Assembly (NCBI GenBank): GCA_964019335.1
Contig: OZ025711.1
Span: 372,001-436,000, forward strand
Length of the DNA stretch: 64,000 bases
Direction of reading: 5' to 3'
From: Diplonema japonicum
Lineage: Eukaryota > Protista > Euglenozoa: Diplonemea
A model generated the notes under the pieces. It searched no databases, was not told the DNA's origin, and worked only from the letters and a program-made list of their open reading frames with translations. Below are positions 55,037 through 64,000 of the stretch, piece by piece. The position numbers and the translations under genes are program-made. Numbering within the stretch: position 1 is the first letter of the stretch; each line of letters begins with the position of its first letter.

Positions 55037-58000
55037 TCACATCTCGTCCACGTCCAGTACAGCAGCAACCCCAGCAATTATCCATTTGATGGGAGGCTGT
55101 TTCGTTCGCAAGTGCAACGTTGTTACATATCCGGTTCCTCTTTGCTGGGTTTTGTACAGAGGACAAGGGTACTGCTCTTTCCGGTTGATCTTAGAAGAGG
55201 GAAGGGCCTTGATGGTGATCACTGGCATCACGCTGAAAAGCTCCTTCCCTTTAGAGTCGTCGATGGTAGAGGACGCCAAGTCCCAGCGGGCCCCTTCCAT
55301 TTTCAAGCCGAACACGTGTGCTCCGTCACGAGCACTGTGGTCAATACTGTCGCACATTCTCTTTAATGGCTCACATACGATGTCCATTTGATCAAGTTCA
55401 TAGTTATTCAGCATTGCCGTGTGTTGGCAGATAGAAGTGATGTATGACATTGGATTGAATAGGTAGTCGAGGCGCGTGACCTTCGGCGACAACAAATCCC
55501 CGCCCCACTCGATCAACTGCGAGTTCCTCGTCACCATGTTAAGGCACCACCCTCCAAGCCCTCGTTTCGACATGAAGGAGACAGACTGCCATCGTTCCGG
55601 TACCTTGTCCAGCCTGATGCTCTCGAAGAGCTCCAGCATCGGCTCCGACATTGATAAGGCGCCCCTAAGGCCTTGGTTCAGCTCTTGAAGCGTTGCTTTC
55701 ATTAGATTCTGCAGCATGTTCATCCTCTCGCACTCCTGGTAGAATACATGTTGTTGAGGGGTTTTATCGTCTTCAAGCCTCTCTGCAATGTCTGTCAAAT
55801 CGTGCGGTTTATCTTGAATGTAGTTGTTCAGAATATCGTCCACAACAGCTTGGACAGCTTCGGATGTGTCGGCGTGGCCGTCTGTGTTGCCAGTGCTCTT
55901 TGGCTGCAGCTCGTTGATGGTTCTGAAAAGATACTCAGCTTGGTCGATGTGGTACCCCAATTCAGCGTGAGGGTGGAGGCCGTATAATGCGGGAGTTTCC
56001 GATGGGACCTGTTCCACGCACTGCACGGCTTCGTGGTGGCTGTTAAATGTTGGCACCGTGAAGTTCTCGCACAGTTCCAGCCCGTCCGTAACTTCGATCT
56101 TGATGAACTGCTCCAGATACGCAGAGCACAACCGCCTGTCCCAGTCGTCCGTGATGTGCCCACCGTAGATGATCTCCCCAAACACGTAACGTAAATCGTC
56201 CCAAGGGATATGAGGGCGCTCTTCCATGTAGTTGTTGAGGACGTTGACGCAGGACGACAGGTCGCCCATGTTGAACGGGTACTCCCTGTTCCAACCCAGC
56301 TTCCCGAACTTCTTCCTTTCGACTACAATGGAATGGAACCAGCACATTGAGAACAGTACCGCTTTGAAATCAGCGGGCTTGCAGGAGTTCTCCCACGGTT
56401 CGTCTTTGAACTCTGCCAGTGCCCTCACCATGTTCGCTTTCATGCCGGAAGGTGGTTCGTTGGTCAGTTTGATGCACCTTTGCAAAATCCCAATGGGGAT
56501 CACCTGCTCATTAGATGCGCTGGGCTCTGCCGACAGGAACAGCCTGAAGTCGGGGTGTCCTACCTCCGTCGGCTCTTCTTCTTCCTCCGTTTCGATCTCC
56601 GCTTGTTCTGAGACCGCTTCTTCTTCTTCGATTTCTTCTTCGCTCTCGCCCTCTTTGGCTTCTTTCAATTTCAGCCTTGCTTCTCTCATCTCTTCTCTTG
56701 CCTTGCGTGCTTCTTCAGCGGCTTGTTTCTTGTCAGCGACGCGTTTCTTGTATTGTAATTCCCTGTTGTAGATGTTGGCCTGTTTGTCCAGCGTGTTCTC
56801 CAGCTCCGACAACCACGACCTGGCGAGGTGGATGTTGCTCAGCATCGCCCAACCTCCGTTCTTGAAACACTCCTGCAGCGCCTGCATCGCTCTCTCCTCT
56901 TGGCCCTGTCCTAGCGAGACATTAAAGAAGTTCCCCTTATCGTACGAGAAGCCTTTTTCGATGGCGAGCGCCTCCACTTTGCGCGCGGGGTCCACGCCCG
57001 GGGACAGGATGAAGAACAGAGGTGTGCAGGTGCCCGCGTCCTCGAAGGACTCGCCGAGGGGCACGGTAGTGTCGGTGGTGAAGAACTTTCCTAGCTTGAT
57101 GCTAACAAAGTGGTTGAGCGAGGCTATGAGACGGTCGGGCCTGAGGCACCTGATGATGAGCAGCCTTTGGAATTCATCCAGATTCCTCCAGTCAGTGGGA
57201 AGCTTTTCATCCTCGGGCTTGGCTTGCTCCGTCCAAAGCTTCCATCTGTTATGCTGCTGAAGGTCATCTGGCAGTTGGTCAAACGAGGGCATCGTGCCGC
57301 TCCCCGTGGGACCCGGGACCTCAGCCAAGGAGTTGATCGCCGACCACATAGCAGGGGTGCACCTGTTGAGTTGGCGTTGGCGTTTAAGAAGAAAACATAC
57401 CATTCTGACACCCCGGCTGGCAGTTGTTCCAGAAGACGCCTCCTACCGCCTGTGAGGAGGAAGTCCAGCTGCTTGACATTGATGTCGCCCTGCTGCTTCA
57501 GGATCGAGAAGCAAACAAGCGAGCTGAAGATCACCTTATGCTTCTCGAATAGACCTCGCGAGACATAAGCATAGAGCTGTGGTTTGCATTTCGAAAGGGG
57601 GTTTTGTATTTTACATACCGTTTCTGTGATGGATGTGATCAGGGCCTTCATCCTGCGCTTCTCTACGCTTTCCATGGTCTCCTCTTCGTCGAAATCGACC
57701 ACGTCGGCCTTCTTCATCGCCTTGTTGAAGACACCCATGAAGGAGTCAAGTGAGTATTGGTACAGAGAAGAGATTTTAGACAGACGATCGATTTCGAAAT
57801 ACAGAAGGGAGCCTCGGATGGCCGCAGGCTTGTACACCAAACGGCGGGCCATGAGCTCTTCTTGCATGACTCTGTCTTCTATCAGTGCCTTAGCGATCAT
57901 GCCGGCTTGCTTCTTAGTCTGCTCGAGGTTCTGGATTAGCACCACGTTCTCAAGCAGCTCACCTGTGGCGTTGGATAACTCGTATAACAGCTTGTCCTCG

Positions 58001-61000
58001 CAGTTCGACAGGTCTATCTTGTACTGGTTCATCTGTCTGATCAGTGCAACGCGCTTCTCCTCCAGCTCTGGCTGCTCCATGTTGACCACGACAGCAAGAA
58101 GCTGGTCCTCCAACCCCGCCTCCGTTACCATGAAATTCACAAGCGTTGTCTGCGCATTGAGTTCCGGCTTGTAGTGCGGGTTCGGGTGCTTCGTCTGCAG
58201 GTAAAGCCTGAAAGACCCCACATCCACATGAACATCAAGATCCCCTACCTTGCATGAACAGGTGGCGCCCTTCCTCGTGAACTCCTTCCCAAGAACAGGC
58301 TCCAAGATCGGGTCGATCGATTCAGGCAAATTCTCGATCAAGCATGGAAGCCCCTTCTCAAGACAGGTAATGATATCTTCCAAATATGTTGGGCTACCTT
58401 GCTGTGTGCGGATCAACCCATGCTTCTCCTCCTTAGCCTTGATCCACGTGATACCCTGCAGTTGAGGGTCGACCAAAAGAGGCCATCTCTTGGCGTTCTT
58501 CACAATCGCTCCGTTTTCTGTGGAGATCCTGTCTGTTGGGAGGCCTTCGTTGTTCCATCCTGCGACCTCTGCCTCAGAGGTGAGGACTTCTGTAACGAAG
58601 TCGAGGCCTTCTGTGTGAGGGATGCCGCGTGACTTGATGTTTTTATTGATGTGGGCAACGAGTCTTTCACGGTACTCCGAGTTGAAGGGTCCTGCGTATG
58701 AGATGAACGCTGATGCCATCAACACATCCCCAGCGAGCAGCTGCATGCCTTCGCCGAGTTCGTCGGTTGTCTTTCCCCACCTCACGTTTTCATCAGCCAA
58801 ACCGCTCACCAACCTCTCTGCGATGTTCATCTTCAGCCTCGTCGACTCCGCCTTCTGTTTCAGCACCCTCGATTTCTCAGTGGCGACATTGTGTGCCTCC
58901 ACCAAATCGTCCAGTTTTCCGTTGAGGGAGGCCACATGGTCTTGTACCCTCTTGAACTGCATCTTCGAGTGCTCTAGTCTTTCGTTGGCCTCTGATAACC
59001 TCTCTTCTTTCGGCCTAATCTGGCACCTCAGTGTGTGGTAAGCATCCATGTTGCACACCCATGCAGAGAGGCAGGATGCTGCTTCAGATTTAGAAGCCAT
59101 CTTATCAGCATCAAAGTCGGGGTGTTTCACCCACTGCTGGATGGCATCGATGCACGGTTGTGGGATGTTGTGCGACATGTTGGCACCGAAGTCTTCCAGC
59201 TCCTTCAACCACGCACTCACGTTGGACATCATTTTCTTCGCGTTGCTCCAATCCTTCGCCTTTTCCGCCCGTGGGATCTTCGAGGGGTGTGCAGTGAGGC
59301 ACATCACAGCCGCTGTCACCATCAGAACCTCCTGTGGCGGTTTTGTGAATGACTTCAGCTCTGTGAGCGACGCCTTGTTCAGCCCCTTCAGAGCCTCCTT
59401 GGCACGCTCCACCACAGGCTGTGCAGCGGCCAGATCACGTTCGGCATCTGCACGCAATGCATCAGTCTCGATGAGAAGCTTCTCTGTTTTAATCTTTTCC
59501 AACTCGGCACGGTCGGCCTCCTCTTGACAAGCGGCCTTGTCCACCGACACCTGTTCCATCAACGTGTTCACCTCTGCAGTGGCATTCCGCACTTCAATAT
59601 CCTCATCCTTGAACTTAACCTGCAGCTCTGAGACTTGCTCCTGCGCGTGCTTGATCTTGTACAGACCGTCAACGAGGCGGCGCTTCCTCTCTGCCACTTG
59701 TGTCCTCTTGTCTTCCAGCATCCTTTTGTACGTCCCGATCATCTCCATGTAGCTCTTGGGAGTCGTGTAGCAGTACCTCTTGGCCTTCACGCGGAACTCC
59801 TCTGCGAGGGACGTCACGAAAAGGTGTATATCAGAGATGGTGTCTCCGCAGCTGGAGGCAAGGTCGGGCTCATCGCTGAGGACGCTGTCAGAAGCTAGCA
59901 GGAAGTTGCTTGACACAGACATGAGGGCGTCCTCAGGCCACGGGTGGAACCAGTCGATGACAGTGGTGTTGGATATGGCGGGGAACTGCCTGCACCACGT
60001 TGCTAGCTGCTGCCCAACGGGAGAGAAGCACAGCGTGGTGTGCAGGTTGGTCTGCACCTTCGAGAGGAAGTGGTTCCAGCAAACATCTTTGTTGTTGTAA
60101 TCGGGGTGCTGCCTCTGCCTGAGCTCCGGCACCATAGCGCTGCAGAGCTCCTCTGCTGCGTCTGGCTCGAACAGATTCGCTACGTGGCCTGAGTTCAGCA
60201 TGTCGTTGAGAACCACCAGCTGGTCGGGACACACGACCTGCGCATCCGTCATGATGAAGACAAAGCGCTGGTTCTTCTTACCGCATTTCAGATACAGATC
60301 AGAGATGTTTCGCCTGAAGGAGTCACCGTTGTACGTAGAGGTCACGAGGATGCTGTACACGTCTAGCTCGTTGATGAAGGCGGCCAGTCTACTGAGCGAC
60401 CTCTTGCCGGAGCCGCCTACACCGATGAGGAGGGCGTTTCCTTTGGGGTGGGACAGGATGCGGCAGATCTTTGCAACATGTGACATCGCTTGCTTAAAGA
60501 GCACAAGATCCATTCTAGCCTTCGTGCTGTCGTCGTTGTACTCTTCGAGCTTGCCCTCCAAGAACATGGACAGCTGTTCATATGTGTCGATGGAGTCGTA
60601 GATGTCTAAGTCGTCGCCCTGCTGGCCGAACGGTGCCCAGATGTTTGGTTCTTTCAGGATGTCATCCACATGCGTGACTTCGTTGAAGTGCTTTGTGACG
60701 ACCTGTGTGACGACAGCGTCGTACTCGTTCATCTCCTGCTCCGAGACCATTCTGTCCTTGAAGGTTCTCTCACACTCGTGCCTCCACAGTCTTATCAACA
60801 GCATGGGATCATTATCATGCAGCGACTTCACTGTGCTGATCATCCCTTGGAAGATGTTCGCCATCTCCCTGAGGTTCCACTGGTAATGGAACTTCGTCGC
60901 GGTCGGAAGGAAGTGTTCCCTCACCGTTTGATGGAGCTCAATGGTGGCGTTCACCAAAGAGGGTGTCAGGTTGCGTATCTCCTTGCTCCAGTTCTTCAAG

Positions 61001-64000
61001 TGCGTGCCGAGGATGGACGCGTAGATGACGGTGAGGTCCTCAGTTGACGGAAGGTTCACAGAGAACACAGAGAACCACCTCTGCATCCTGTCGAGGATTG
61101 TGAACGACCCAGCCTTATGGTTCATGGAGGCCACAAGCTGTATCCCGGTTACGTGTTTCTCAACACCAGGGCTGTTGCGGTCGAACCAGAACCCGTAGTC
61201 CATGTACTGCCGAAGAAGTGCAACGGCTTCCTGTGTTCCGTATCTGTCGGGGAGGGGCATGTTGATGTCGTCAATGAAGAACATCAGCTGCTTCCTTGCC
61301 GGGGGGTGCCACTTCCTCCCGCCCCTCTCAAGGTTTGCCTCCAAGACCATCTGCAGCGCACGGGCCGTCGACTGCGCGTTGAAGGATATCGTCCGCGTGA
61401 CCCACTCAGTGGCGTCGAGCGACCTAAGCTTCGTGTGTGTCATGCACGACTTTCCTGTGCCGACGGTGCCCACCAGCATGACAGACCTCTGCGTCTTGAT
61501 AAGTAAGTCCATGAGGTACGTCGTCCGGACTGTGTCGATGGTCTCAACTGTGATGTGCGAAAAGGGGACCTCAGGGTCTTTGTGGTATTTATGCACCATC
61601 TCTGACCAGGGGTGGAATTCATGCTCCCTGTCAGGGCTGATGTAGAAGTCGAAAACCTGAAACTTCTCGTCGCAGATTTTGACTTTGGTCTGCATCTCCT
61701 TGATCCACCACTTTGAGAACATGGCGCGGTAGTCCACCCGCCCGTCCGTGGAAAGCGGGCCCCCAAAGGCCCAAACCATGGCGAAGCAGAAGTAACGTTC
61801 GTAAATATCTTGCGAAGTATTTGAAGGGAGGACGGCGAGGAGCGAGTCGAGAAGACTGCAGAGCGACTGGATGATACTCATATCGGTGACGGGTATGATC
61901 GTGGTGAAGATCCTTTTGAAGTAATCGAAGACAGGGAGGTAAGCATCGAAGAAGGAGTCCAGGTAGTTGCGTTCCTTTTCGTCTTTACGGTGGATAAGCC
62001 ACTTGTCTTTGAAAGGTGCCCAACCGAGATCCGTATCGTTGATGTAAAGAATGCCCGCGCGGGAAACGGTGGCAGGAGATGCGTTGCGGAGCTGCGAGAT
62101 CTCGAAAACCATCCTCATAGAAGAGGTGAGGGGGATCCTGTCGTTGTTGGCCAGGGTAAGCATCTTGTTGTCGTCCATCACTGTGTTCATGGATTCGATC
62201 CACTCCGTGTCAATTATCCCATCCAAGATGACCCATTTCATACACGAGTTTGTCTTCGATAACACACTGAACTCCTTGAAGATATGCGAGAGATGCCCTT
62301 CCTTCCACTCCTTTGTCTGCTCATGAGCGCAGCCGTACATCTCGTTTGATGTAATCGCCTTGGGGTTGATCACTCTCGACTTGCATTTCCCTGGCTCTTG
62401 TCTAGTGTAAGCTTGTTTCAGAGCGTTCCGGCATTCTGTTTTTCCGCACCCAGCAGGGCCGAGGATGAACACGGAATGGCGAACGCCAAGTAGTTCGTCC
62501 AGTTGAAGGCATTTTAGAATGAACATGTCAGCCTCGCCGCTCAGCAAAGAGAGGTCTTTGCACGCTTCGATGCAGTTTGTCTGCAGCTCCGTGTCGATTC
62601 TGGTGGTGACGTTCATGTTGGGGAAGAGTGCCTTGATGAGGCCCTTGAAGACATATACATCGTCCTTTGACAGTTTTGCGAGGTTTGTGTCGCGAAGAGC
62701 ACGCAACAAAACTAGACGTTCGTTTAATTCGGGGTCGTTTCGTCGTAAGTTGCCGGCGATGACAAGCACACTCTTTACCGCGCGGAGGCCCCAGTCGTAG
62801 TGCAGTTGTTGCGAGAGAAGCTCCTTGTTCAACTTGTACAGTTGCACAAATTTCATCGCCAAGTCCTTCGCCTCAACGAACCCTTCTGCCGCCAGCAAGA
62901 TCTCACAGATGTTCTGAATGTCGGGGACCACCATTGCACACGGCCTAAACAATGACTTGATGTTTTCAGGAAGCTCCGTCCTCCCCGCGTAGCCCGGGTT
63001 CATTGTGATGAACATCCCGCACGACGGATTGAGCGAGATATCCTCCTCGTTCGCAAACTTGAAGTTCTTCTTATGCGTTCTAATCCCATACAGGATGGAA
63101 GACACCTGCGTGGCAACCACGGACAGCACTTCAATGGAGATTCTGTTGAATTCATCGAAGCACCCCCAGCACCCTGACATGGCCAGCCCCTTGAAGATCC
63201 TTCCCAGCCCTCGGAAGTCCATCTGGTCGGAGCAGTTGAACACATAGCAGGCGTTGCCCAGATTCCTGGCCAGGTCTTTTGTTGTTTCGGTTTTCCCGGT
63301 TCCTGCAGGACCCGCTGGGGCTCCGCCTTGGACGAGTTTCAATGCTTGCGTAAGTGTGATATAACATCTATCGGTGAGCTTTGTGACGACAAGACACCCG
63401 CACAGCCCGATGTACTCATGGCCATGGACAAACTCCGAGTCACAGATGCGGATGACGCACCCCTTTGTCTCGTCCCAATGGTACCTCAGCTGACTCTGCC
63501 ATGTGAAGTGTGTGTCTGACTCCGCGCGCTCATCGATGAGCCACTGCACGACGTCCCTGTTATGGACGTCTATGGTGATGAGGTGCACCAGCATTGCACG
63601 GTCGTTAGGGGTCAGGCTGCCGAGAACCAGCCGGATTTCCTCGGAGAGTTGTTTTTGCTGGACCTTCAAATAGTCTTTCAGAGCGGTCTCGTTTCCGTCC
63701 TCTAACTGGTTGAACGCGATGTTGGTCTCCCACGTGAACTGCAGTCTGCTGGCCACCACCACGGCTTGGCAGCAGTGGTTGAAGATCCATGATACTCTTG
63801 GGTTTTCCATGTACGAGGCGTTGGCGTCGTTGATCTTCGCCTTTACCGTCTTTTGCATTGAGTCGACACACCCGTCCAGCCATGATTCCACAGCACCCTC
63901 GCAGCAATACTCCATCGGCATTGCGATGGTCTCGCCTTGCAAGGACTTGAACCCGTTCACAACGTACTTTTCTTCCTCGTCGTTCTCAACAAACGTGAAG
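55037..64000 (-). CDS. Axonemal dynein heavy chain (outer-arm beta-like), 5'-truncated by the window edge
   Basis: P-loops GPAGTGKT, GPAGCGKT, GTVGTGKS and GVGGSGKR; HYDWGLRAVKSVL; stalk/MTBD; C-terminal KWIIAGVAAVLD. Introns 57577-57618 and 57363-57400. Confidence 0.97.

Noticed and set aside
55037-64000. Alternative genetic code or programmed frameshifts to explain broken ORFs
   Set aside because: Every break examined is repaired by a short GT-AG intron, and long exons are stop-free in the standard code.

Overview
Eukaryotic genomic DNA, most likely a euglenozoan (diplomonad is excluded; diplonemid-like is an inference). All 24 supportable protein-coding genes lie on the minus strand, as in a directional/polycistronic cluster. 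They use the standard genetic code and carry about 23 short canonical GT-AG introns (mostly 32-67 nt). Spacers are rich in A/T/G/C homopolymers. Recognisable genes: SAS-4/CPAP, a glucosidase-II-beta-like protein, a PPP1R21-like protein, importin-11, a kinesin-13, NOL12/Rrp17, a Rab GTPase, a histidine phosphatase and a partial axonemal dynein heavy chain. Most notable: (1) a 9.2-kb tandem array of four secreted proteins built from 6, 7, 4 and 1 copies of a ~140-aa module of four C-x24-C helices, with module shuffling and CDS-restricted homogenisation; (2) a ~350-bp nested foldback element at 236-590; (3) very short gene junctions containing intron-like segments, one placing importin-11 in frame with the PPP1R21-like gene across a TGA-ATG; (4) a strong 3' bias of intron positions; (5) several proteins with altered key motifs (lipase Ser->Gly, kinesin-13 KVD->EAD, Rab P-loop G->L). 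All product calls come from motif recognition by eye, and splice models are inferred from frame restoration, not transcripts.
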